A stretch of DNA of 64,000 nucleotides from Heterodontus francisci (Eukaryota): positions 72,467,757 to 72,531,756 of the forward strand of contig NC_090380.1 of assembly GCF_036365525.1 (NCBI RefSeq), in the 5' to 3' direction. The notes beneath the pieces are model-generated. The model was not told the DNA's origin. It made no database searches and saw only the letters and a list, made by a program, of their open reading frames with translations. A program made the position numbers and the translations under genes. How positions within the stretch are numbered: position 1 is the first letter of the stretch; each line of letters begins with the position of its first letter. Shown one piece after another: positions 37,512 to 47,774 of this stretch.

Positions 37512-37934
37512 AATTTAAAATGCAAGTGGATAAAATGGAATTGAATATTAGCATACCCGAGAAGGGCCTGTTTCAGCTCAACTGCAATGTAACCCACCAA
37601 ACACAAGATAATTCCCAGTTTGCCGTATCCTGGTTCGCGTGGAAAGTCAAGGAAGGTGCTGACCAAGGCATGAAGGAGACAATTTTAAAAGTTGATCACA
37701 ATTCAGTGTTTGGGTTTGACGTCTCACCGGATGGAGCTGAGGGAATGAAGGACAGACTGCAGTTAGAAAGACCATCCAATGGATTGTACAGCTTGACGGT
37801 GCAGAACTCTGCCAGCAGTGACACGGGGAATTACTACTGTCACGTAGAGGAGTGGATTCAAAATGCCAACAGTATCTGGTATAAACTAGGAGAGGATGAA
37901 TCTGGGCTGGTCATGGTCACTGTACAAGATAAAG
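37512..37934 (+). CDS. IGSF3: IGSF3 internal coding exon, membrane-proximal V-type Ig domain (about domain 8)
   Basis: Acceptor aaacAG|aa after a ctctcttttt tract and donor aaag|GTaac; 423 bp, phase 1-1. Translation EFKMQVDK...FQLNCNV...SWFAWK...SDTGNYYCHVEEWIQ (literal EWI motif)...VTVQDK. Confidence 0.92.
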
Positions 37935-38079
37935 GTAACTCAGTCATTGACAAAATGCTGCTTTTGCCTGAATCATATGCGGTCAGTTAAATTAAATAAT
38001 TTCAGTGCATTCCTACTGCTCAGTGCACAATGCATTGGGAGTACTTCATGAAGGTGGCCAGATTTTGTAATGCAACCTG

Positions 38080-39098
38080 CCTTAAACGGGTCATTTTCAG
38101 GTTGGCAAGCTGTAACTAGTGGAGTGTCACAGGGATCAGTCCTGGGGCCTCAACTATTTGCAATCTATATCAATGACTTGGATGAAGGGACTGAATGTAT
38201 GGTTGCAAAATTTGCTGATGACACAAAGATAGGTAGGAGAGTTAGTTGTGAAGAGGAAATAAGGAGTCTGTAAAGGGATATAGATAGGTTAAGTGAGTGG
38301 GCAAAGATTTGGCAGATGGAGTATAATGTGGGAAAGTGTGAACTTGTCCACTTTGGCTGGAAAAATAGAAAAGCAACCTATTATTTAAATGGAGAGAGAT
38401 TGCAGGTCTGGGTGTCCTAGTACACGAAGCACAAAAAATTAGTATGCAGGGACAGCAAGTGATTAAGAAGGCAAATGCGATATTGTTGTTTATAGCAAGG
38501 GATATGAATATAAAAGTAGAGATATTTTGCTACAGTTGTACAGGGCATTGGTGAGACCACACCTAGAGTATTGTGTACAGTTTTGGTATCCTTACTTAAG
38601 AAAAGATATAATTGCATTAGAAGCAGTTCAGAGAAGGTTCATTTGACCGATTCCTGGGATGAGAGGGTTATCTTATGAGGAATGGTTGGATAGGTTGGGT
38701 CTGTATTCATTGGAGTTTAGAAGGGTGGGAGATTATCTTATTGAAACATAAGATCCTGAGGGGACTTGACAGGGTGGATGTTAAAAGGATGTTTTCCCCT
38801 TGTAAGAGAGACTAGACATGGTCACTGTTTAAAAATAAGGGAGAGATGAGGAGAAATTTTTTCTCTGAGGGTCACGTGTCTGTGGAACTCTCGTCCCCGG
38901 ACAGCGGTGGAGGCAGGGTCATTGTTTTTAAGACAGAGGTAGACAGATTCTTGACAAACAAGGGAGTCAAAGGGTATCGGGATAGTCAGGAAAGTGGAGT
39001 TGAGCCCACAAACAGATTAGCCATGATCTTATAGAATGGCAGAGCAGGCTTGAGGGGCCGAATCGCCTAGTCCTGCTCCTAGTTCATGTGTTCGTATA
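38080..39098 (+). mobile_element. CR1 LINE 3' fragment (RT end and UTR)
   Basis: [31 protein letters not shown]; tail ggcttgaggggccgaatcgcctagtcctgctcct...tgttcgtat. Confidence 0.9.
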
Positions 39099-39889
39099 GG
39101 TTGATGGGAAAAATAAAAGGGTTGCAGACACTTAAAAAGATCATTGAATGACCTGTTTTGATTCACGTGTGAGCAGTGCATCAGCTGATATTGTGATGCT
39201 AACTGGAAATGAGCCGCAAGCAAAACAGTACTCCCTTAGAACCACACTAAAGTGTCAGCTCACATGATGTTCTCAAGTCTCTGGAGAAAGACTTGAACTC
39301 ATAACTGTCAGGCTCAGAGGCAAGTATGCTACCATTTAGCCACCACTAACATATTGACATTAGTTCTAAATTTGTCTTCTATTAATGTGAACTTGTGCTC
39401 TCTTGTCTCATTATCATGGCTTAGTCTGAAGTCATATATTGGATTTACCTTCTCTCTTCTGTTCACTGTGTTACATACCTCTGAGGTATAATAAATCCAA
39501 ACAAGTGACTATTTTTTCTTATGTTATATGCAATTTTTAAAGTATATTCCATTTATATTGTATCTACAGTGGGTGACTGATGTTGGCTAAGTCCAGTAGC
39601 TTCCATATTCCTTAAAGCACTGTGAAAATCCATGAGAGTTTATTGTTAAAAATCCACAAAGTATCACAAAGAGTGTGCATGCAGGAGTTATATTGTAACA
39701 TACTTAAAACAATACCAAAAAGAAAATGTGCATAGGAGTTTTATCATGTTATCCAAACATTTCAACACAACATGTATAAGATATTCCCAACAATGATGTT
39801 AAATATGGTATAGATCTGCCACAGCATTGCTCATGTAGTTTGAGGTGTGTGGTGCAGAATTCATATATGAGATTTTCAATGAGCTGATG

Positions 39890-40240
39890 CCGTCAGTGTG
39901 TTTCACCTTGAACCAGGTTGGATAAGTGGGCAGTGTATATTTGAGAAAAGGGCTGGGGGGTGGTGGGGCATTGCCATGAGGTTGAGGTGAGACTGATTCT
40001 ACTTGTGGAATGTTTTATGTTTCCTGAATATCTGGGATGAGAGAAAACCTTGCTGGCATTGTGGCTTGTGTCCATGTTGGAGGGCCCCAGAATGCAGACA
40101 TCCTGAGTAGCTTGGTTATTTTGATGGCTATCAGTACCTCGGCTCATTTGTTTTTCTTGTTGATAGTTTTTCATTTCTGTTCTGACCCTCCAACCGCCTT
40201 CTGGCCACTGCAAGACGTTTTTGGTTTTGTCTTTAGTCAC
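39890..40240 (-). mobile_element. Possible highly decayed RTE-clade LINE fragment
   Basis: Minus strand caggatgtctgcattct...caacatggacacaagccacaatgccagcaaggttttctctca resembles the RTE C-terminal region; weak support. Confidence 0.3.
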
Positions 40241-41269
40241 TTAATCGCTCACCCACTGCTGCTTTGTGTCTATTTTATGTGAAGCAGTATAGGATCTTTT
40301 ATTACGGCAAAGATAGTGCAAAATGCAAGTTAATGTTGTATCATATTCTCCTCATTTCTCTCTATTAATCGCTTTCTGAATCCCTTACTCTCAACATTTA
40401 TCTCTGTTAATCTATTGCTATATCTCCTATTCGCTTTCTCGTGATCTGTTAATCTATTCCTGTGCCTTTGTTACTGTTTCTCTATTTCCTGTTGTTTTCT
40501 TCTCTGTTAAAGTCTTCCGGGGAACAGTGAAAGGCTGCAGGAGGGAGTGAGCAGGGAACGGCTGGAGATGGCACTGAGCAGAAAGTGGCGCAGCCATAGA
40601 TGGAACTAGAGAGGGATTGAGTCGGGGGACGTGCATAGAGTTGGTCTGCTATGTTTGGGGGATTGGGGAGACAGCTGATTGAATGCAAAGTGCAGTGGAT
40701 AAGTTCATGATTTTCCTTAACAATAATGTTTTTAATGTGATCTTTATGTAATAAAGTTAATTTTAAAGGTATATAGTAGAATGGGTGACCAGGCAGCAAT
40801 ACACCACATTATTTTTAATAGAATATGATTGGACATTTTTGGGACCAAACTGATCAGAACTATTACAGAGGTTATTTTGAGGTCTGATTAGTTTCTGGCA
40901 ACATGGTTCCCAATTTAAAACCCTGCCCCTGGATGAGGGGTTGTGGGAGTGAAAGTTTAAAATATCAGGATTGGACAACCCTTTAAATTATAAAGTGCAG
41001 GAATTAGTTCATGAACAAGGCTCCTGCAAAAGGAAGATGGGGCCTAATTAACGTACTAAAGAGACAGCCCGCTGACATCAGTGGTGTCACAACTTAAATT
41101 TATTAATATGCGAGGGGGAATCTTGACCTATGGGATTCCTGGCAGCTGATCCGAGGCTGGAGCTGCTAGCTCCCCGAGCTAAGTGGCTTTTCTTGCATTC
41201 CTGTGGACCAGGAGGAGCAGGAGTGCTCATCCCCGGCTTCACAAGGAAGCCTTCGGCCTCCACCCAGCC

Positions 41270-41815
41270 CTCATAATCGCCAGGCTCCCCGCATCCCTCC
41301 CCATCGCCAGTCCTCCCGATTGCCAGCCTCCCCGCAGCCCTCCTGATCACCACCCTCCCCGATCGCCACCCTCCTCGCAGCCCTCCCGATCACCAGCCTC
41401 CCCGCAGCCCTTCCGATCGCCACCCTCCCCGCAGCCGTCACGATTGCCAGCCTCCCTGCAGCCCTCCCGATCGCCAAGCTCCCTCCAGCCCTCCCGATTG
41501 CCAGCCTCCCCGCAGCCCTCCCGATTGCCAGCCTCCCCGACTGCCAAACCCTCCAGCCCTCCTGAATGCCAGCCTCCCCGCAGTCCTCCTGATCGCCAGC
41601 CTCCCCGCAGCCCTCCCAATCGCCATCCTCCCGATCGCCAGCCTCCCCGCAGCCCTCCCACTCGCCAGCCTCCCCCCAGTCCTCACGATCGCCAGCCTCC
41701 CTGCAGCCCTCCCGATCGCCACCCTCCCTGCAGCCCTCCCGATCGCCAGCCTCCCCGACTGCCAAACCCTCCAGCCCTCCTGAATGCCAGCCTCCCCGCA
41801 GTCCCCTCCAGTCCC
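41270..41815. repeat. CpG-rich minisatellite, 27-bp unit (ccgatcgccagcctccccgcagccctc), about 20 units
   Basis: Visible tandem array; a variant block cctccccgactgccaaaccctccagccctcctgaatgccagcc occurs twice (about 41532 and 41750). Confidence 0.95.
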
Positions 41816-41940
41816 CTCCAAACCCTCCAGCCCCAACAACTGCAGCAAGAAGGATGCGGTAAATTTCTTTGGATTCTGTAATTAGAAGATTATCCACTCA
41901 TTAGTATTGGATTACACATTAGGGAAATATATATTATATT

Positions 41941-42252
41941 TATTTAGAGATACAGCACTGAAACAGGCCCTTCGGCCCACTGAGTCTGTGCCGACCAACA
42001 ACCACCCATTTATACTAACCCTACAGTAATCCCATATTCCCTATCACCTCCCTACACTAGGGGCAATTTACAACGGCCAATTTACCTATCACCTGCAAGT
42101 CTTTGGATGTGGGAGGAAACCGGAGCACCCGGTGAAAACCCACGCAGACACAGGGAGAACTTGCAAACTCCGCACAGGCAGTACCCAGAATCGAACCTGG
42201 GTCCCTGGAGCTGTGAGGCTGCAGTGCTAACCACTGCGCCACTGTGCCGCCC
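41941..42252 (-). mobile_element. HE1-type V-SINE (shorter subfamily), full length
   Basis: Reverse complement of the HE1 consensus from gggcggcacagtggcgc to gctgtatctctaaata, inserted in a TA run. Confidence 0.92.
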
Positions 42253-42292
42253 TATATATATAACCATCACAAAGGTTAACTAATTCCAATTC

Positions 42293-42912
42293 CTTAACCA
42301 TCACTGCTGTTTCTACCTCAGCTCATCTGCTGCTAAAACTCGTATCCATGCCTTTGTCACCTTCATACTTGACTATTCCAAAGCTCTGCTAGCCAGCCTC
42401 TAATTCTTAACTCTCAATAAACTTCAGCTCATGCAAAACTCTGCTGCCATGTTCTGACCCACACCAAGTCCTGCTCACCCAACTCTCTGTCCTCACTGCC
42501 CTACATTGACTTCCAGTCCTCCAATGCTTCAAATTTGGCCATCTCTATAACCTCCACCTGCCTTACAAACCCTCCCCCCCATCAGTGGAAGCCTCCCTTC
42601 ACCCACTTGAGCTCCATACTCTGGAATTCCCTCCCTAAACCCCTCTTCCCCTCCACCACTCTCTCTTCCTTTAAGATATTCCTTAAAGCCAACCTCTTTT
42701 ACTAAGGTTCAGTCACCCATTGCAATGTTTCTCTTTTTGGCTCAGTGTCATTTTTCTATGTTAAAGGTAGTATTAATGCAAGGTGATGTTGTTGAATTAT
42801 ATAGAGTGACAGCAGGAATGACAACAGCTTGCATTTAAATTAAATATCTTTATGCAGCACTTTGGGACATTTTTCTACATTAAAGGCATTATATAAATGC
42901 AAGTTGTTGTTG
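42293..42912 (+). mobile_element. Decayed L2 3' fragment(s)
   Basis: catctgctgctaaaactc..atccatgcctttgtcacc..cttgactattcc; tail aaaggcattatataaatgcaagttgttgttg. Confidence 0.8.
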
Positions 42913-42919
42913 AATTATG

Positions 42920-43604
42920 GGGCTGGATTTTATGGACCCCCTGAGGCAGGACCAGAGGTGGGGGCAAACATAAAATCGTGACAGGTGGTGAGGGACGGAG
43001 GGTCTATCGCCTCGCTATCGCCAAGTGATCTTACCAGGGACGGGATAGGCTGATGATGGCCTTCCCACCCAGAGACCAATTGAGGCCCTTATGCGGCCTA
43101 TTAACAGCCAATTAATGGCCTCTTCCCACCGCTGCTGGGATCTTATGATGCACCCTTCCTGCAGGCTTGTGGGGGGGTCCCTCCTTCATGGGTACTCTGT
43201 TGCCCATGGAGGACCCCCGCCGGGAACCACTTCAACCCCCTGGACCACACAATCACCCCCATCGCCCCCCACTCCCTCACTGGGGTCTTCCGAACTGGCC
43301 CCGGCAACCTAGCCCCACCTACCTCTGGTCCAGGGTTCCACTGCTGGGCTGGGTCCTTTGCCTCCGTAGTACTGGCAGTGGCCACTGCTCCCGGTGGTGC
43401 TCAGATACTGCTGAGCTTCCGGTCCTGTGATTGGACAGCAGCCCATGAAGGCGGGATCCCATCTTTAAAGGGACAGCGTTCTCGGCTCGCAAACCTTTGA
43501 TGTAAAAAGACCGGAGGACTGGGCCAAGAAAAGGCCGAGATGGGGCTCTCCCCACCTTTTCAGCCTGGTGCTGGGAGGCCTGCCTCCTACACAAAATCCA
43601 GCCC
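42920..43604. mobile_element. Harbinger-family MITE
   Basis: Perfect 12-bp TIRs GGGCTGGATTTT and AAAATCCAGCCC. Confidence 0.85.
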
Positions 43605-44054
43605 ACAGAGTGTGACTAATGTGTGGGAGCAGCACGCATTTGCGTTTATAGCTTGCATCTATATAGTGCCTTTCATGTAGAAAAAGATTGCACAGCATTT
43701 CATAAAGGTGTGTTATTTAAAGGCTGCACTTTAGTTTCACGATCCTTTGATATTCAAACAACTAAAGCTGTATTCTTGTGGAATATGACATCAGTACTGT
43801 AGGAATCAATAACGGCCTCTTTTAACTCACTCTTAGCCATTTTCATTATAACACAGTGGTGTCAGTCAGCTTACACTCCCTCAACCACCCAGGAAGAAAA
43901 GATTTCAAAGCAGTTTGTCAGTGTATATGATAGGTGGCCCACACGCTGGATGCAAAATGCCTTGTGTATTAATCAGCTATGTCTCAACTTATCCAGTAAT
44001 CTGCATAATGTGACTCAGACTCACTTTGGGAACATAATCAATATGCAAATTCTG

Positions 44055-44905
44055 GTGAAATACTAAATGTTGTGAAGATTGAAGCCATTATTTTTGATTC
44101 CCACTCCAAACTCTGTTCCCCAGCTACCAACTCCATCCCCCTCCCTGGCAACAGTCTGAGATTAAGCCAGTCTTTCATAACTTTGATGTTACATTGGACC
44201 CAGAGATGAGCTTCCAACCTCATATTTGTGCCATCACTAAGACTGCCTATTTCCACCTCTGTAACATCGGCAGACTTCACCCCTCCCTATGTCAGCTTGT
44301 CTGCTGCTGAAGCCCTCATTCAAGTCTTCGTTACCTCTGGACCTGACTATTCCAATGGACTCCTGGCTGATATCCCACATTTTACTTGTTGTAAACCTGG
44401 TCATCCAAAACTCTACTGCCCGTGTCTTAACTCGCACCAAGTCCCGTTCCCCTATCACCCGGTGCTCCCTGACCTATATTGGCTCCCGTCAAGCAACATC
44501 TTGATTTAAAAATTCTCATCCTTGTTTTCAAATCCCTTCATGGCCTTGCTCCTCCCTATCTCTATAATCTCCTCCAGCCCCACAACCCTCTGAGATATCT
44601 GCGCTCATCTAATTCTGGCCTCTATTGCATCCCTGATTTTAATTGCTCCACCATTGGTGGCTGTGCTTTTAGTTGCCTAGACCTGAAGCTCTGGAATACC
44701 CTCCTTACACCTCTCCACCTCACTTTCTTCCTTTAAGACACTCCTTAAAACCTACCTCTTTGACCAAGCTTTTGGTCATCTGACCTAATATCGCCTTTTG
44801 TGGCTCGGTATCATACTTGGTTTTATAATGCTTCTGTAAAGCACTTTGAGATATTTTATTATGTTAAAGGTGCTGTATAAATCTAAGTTGTCGCTGCTGT
44901 TGTTG
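44055..44905 (+). mobile_element. L2 LINE 3' fragment
   Basis: Colinear with 11750-12565 (KILILVFKSLHGLAPPYL); tail tatgttaaaggtgctgtataaatctaagttgtcg. Confidence 0.88.
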
Positions 44906-45624
44906 AAAAAGCCTCTTATGTGTAGATAAAAAAAAACTCAAATACTGGAAATCTGAAACAAAAACAGAGAATGCTGAAAAAAAGGACATCCCATCAGAAT
45001 CTGCAAAGAAAAAAGACAAGTGCATTTTTTTGGTGTTAAACCTTCCTCAGAACTGGAAAGGTTGTACATACAAAGGTGACATCAACCTCTTATGTATTTA
45101 TAGTGACCGTTGAGCTATAGCAACAAGATTTCTGCCCACAAGTAGAAACTTAAGGCAATTCTACTTTGAAATTTGGCCAAATATCTCAAATAAAACTTTT
45201 GCCTTTATTAAATGCCTGTTGATTTCACAGACAATCTGCTAATCCGGGAGGAAATCCTAATTAAAAAGAACAAACTGTAATTTCAGTTATAAAAATTGGC
45301 AATTATATATTTTTCATATGGCCAAGTGCAGATGTTATTCAGGAACTATTCACTGATTTCAGGTTGACATAACTGCCTTCTTAATTTTCCCATTATGAGC
45401 ACATGAAGTAATAGCAACAGATTCATCTCCAGAATAATCCAGGTGTCCTGGATGAAAGAAGTGATACAACACCAGGATGCTTTTGCCAAGGTACCTCCTT
45501 TAACTCGGAGGGTTGGATGGTTCACTACTCAGTGACATGGTATGAAGGAAGAAGATGAACCAGCCTAATAGAGGTAACAAAAAAGAAAGTGAGTTTCTGA
45601 TCTTGCATTATTTCTTTCCTACAG

Positions 45625-45875
45625 GTTCTTCTCTTCAGGAAGCGATTTGTTCAAATGATGCCCTATTCTACTTTATATTTTTCTACCCTTTTCCAATTTT
45701 TGGAGTCCTCCTTATTGCAATTTTACTAACACGTTATAAAACGCTAAACTCGCAGAAGAAATCTGATGGCAAAAATGGTGTCCCATTGCTCTGGATTAAA
45801 GAACCAGCAGTGACCTATTCTCCAACAAGCCTTGAGCCACCGGATTTCAGAATAGGACCAGGAAGCCTCGCTTAA
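45625..45875 (+). CDS. IGSF3: IGSF3 terminal coding exon: stalk, transmembrane helix and cytoplasmic tail
   Basis: Acceptor tttctttcctacAG|gt, phase 1. Translation GSSLQEAICSNDALFYFIFFYPFPIFGVLLIAILLTRYK...SDGKNGVPLLWIKEP...YSPTSLEPP...SLA*. The CSNDALFYF/FYPFPIFG/GKNGVPLLWIKEP segments are diagnostic of IGSF3. Stop TAA at 45873-45875. Confidence 0.96.
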
Positions 45876-47774
45876 CAGAGAAAGAGGGAAAGAGATTTCG
45901 GAGAAATAATAAGTGACATTCAACTGAAGGGATCAAGGTTATAATGAATTAAGGATGAATATTAACCCCTGAAAAATCCAAGTTTGGAAGCAATATCCTC
46001 CACCTCTTATATTAAGAATGTACATTCTGAGGATCATAGCAGAGAGATATGGGGGAGAAAGGGTACATTTATTCCAAGATGTTTGCCTCAGTTGGCCTCC
46101 TACCCATTACCCCCAACACAATTAGTTGATATAGTTGGAATGTTTAATTTTACACTAAAGTAGATGTGTAGTTTTCTGCCAATTGTTTTCACTGCATGAG
46201 CGTTCTGCTTGTCACATTAGTCCGCTATGTGTAATACGTCTAATCTCATTAAAATGCCAGATGATCTCTTGAATGCTAAAACTATTGTCACTCCTGAAGA
46301 ACAGTGAGCTGTCGGAAATGCAGTATCGTGGAGAGTAATATTGATCTGTAATGATGTAAAATTGAGATGTTCTTTTCATGACACTTAACTGCCCCAGTGC
46401 TTGGTTAATAAGTCTAAGAAGAGCCAACACTAAATCAAAGGGAAGTCATGAGTAGAGGGATGGACATACACCCAGACCTTTTGTTCAATCACAGCACTGC
46501 TTAGAATATTTGAACAACAAACAATAAAAGGGGATTGGGAAGATCATGGAAGCTGAGGAGAAGCTGTAGCACTGAACACTCATAGACATTTCAGGCAAAT
46601 TCAGTGTTTGACAAGTATCAAGTGGCTATGACATGTGCAATAGAAAAGCCACAAAGGACACATTGTGCAGGCAATGATCATCATTAATGCTATGACTGCA
46701 TTATGACAGGATTACATGAGGATGATGTTACCTGATTACAGGAAGTGGACCAATGAAATTACATCCCTTCTTAATGAATATAGATAAGGATCAAGCAGAT
46801 TATTAGCAAGTGCAGCCAATGTTTTTCACTTATGAATTTTTTGATACAGAAATCTGATTAAGCTGCAACTCTGTAGAATGGAAAGTAGTCATGCAGCTGG
46901 ATAGTTTTTTTATACATTGTTTTTGCACTTTTTGAAATAACTTTTTATTCTGTGTTTGAACAAGAATCATTATAATTGCCTGTTTTGTTTTGATTGTGTT
47001 CTTTGACAGAGTGTAATTTGGTCAAAGGAAATGATTACAAGCCTGAGCAGATTCAATGCCCAAACAAGTTCAGTTGCAAACAGAATCCTGGGCTCTGCTG
47101 CAAGCCTGGTTAGCCTAAATCACATAACACTTGTCTCAACTTGAATATCTTAAGAGAATTTTCAAACATTCATTCATCTAGTTTTAAAACAAATCCATTT
47201 GTATTTACTAAACCACTTTTAAAATCTCTAATTATCTAACATATTGCTGTACACAGTGAAGATATGAAGTGGTGGGGTTAAATTATCCAAGACATTTTTA
47301 GGATAAAAATGTTTTGCGCTGAAGCAAAAATGTCTATTTCATTGGATCATGCTCTCAAAAATTACAATAGATTCCACACTGAGAAAAAAAACAATGATAT
47401 TTGTGTGGGGAAACAGAAGTGGGCTTGGGAAGGGGAATGCCAGAGGTGCAAGTGATCTGAACAAGACAGTATCACTATCATGGGCATGAAGCTGGGTGCA
47501 TGATGATGCATAGGAAGATTCAACATTTGGAAACTTTTTCTCCCAACACTGGTAACCATAGCCTAGTTTATCAGTTTTCATGTTGAATTGATATAATTTC
47601 ATGCAATACAAAATTTGAACTGATAGGTGATTAATTGTCCAAATCTTTGATCTAACGGGTGTTCCCTGAGCTGTTCATGAGATGCTTATTGCCTTGATTA
47701 TGTTCTTCCCCAACCTCACAAGTTCACATTGTTGTAATGTACCTCAGCACTGCACATCCTTATCTCCATAAGAA

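Noticed and set aside
41183-41897. Long Pro/Ser-rich and Gly/Arg-rich ORFs on both strands (232, 208, 136 and 104 aa)
   Set aside because: Artefacts of a stop-poor 27-bp minisatellite; no splice or domain support.
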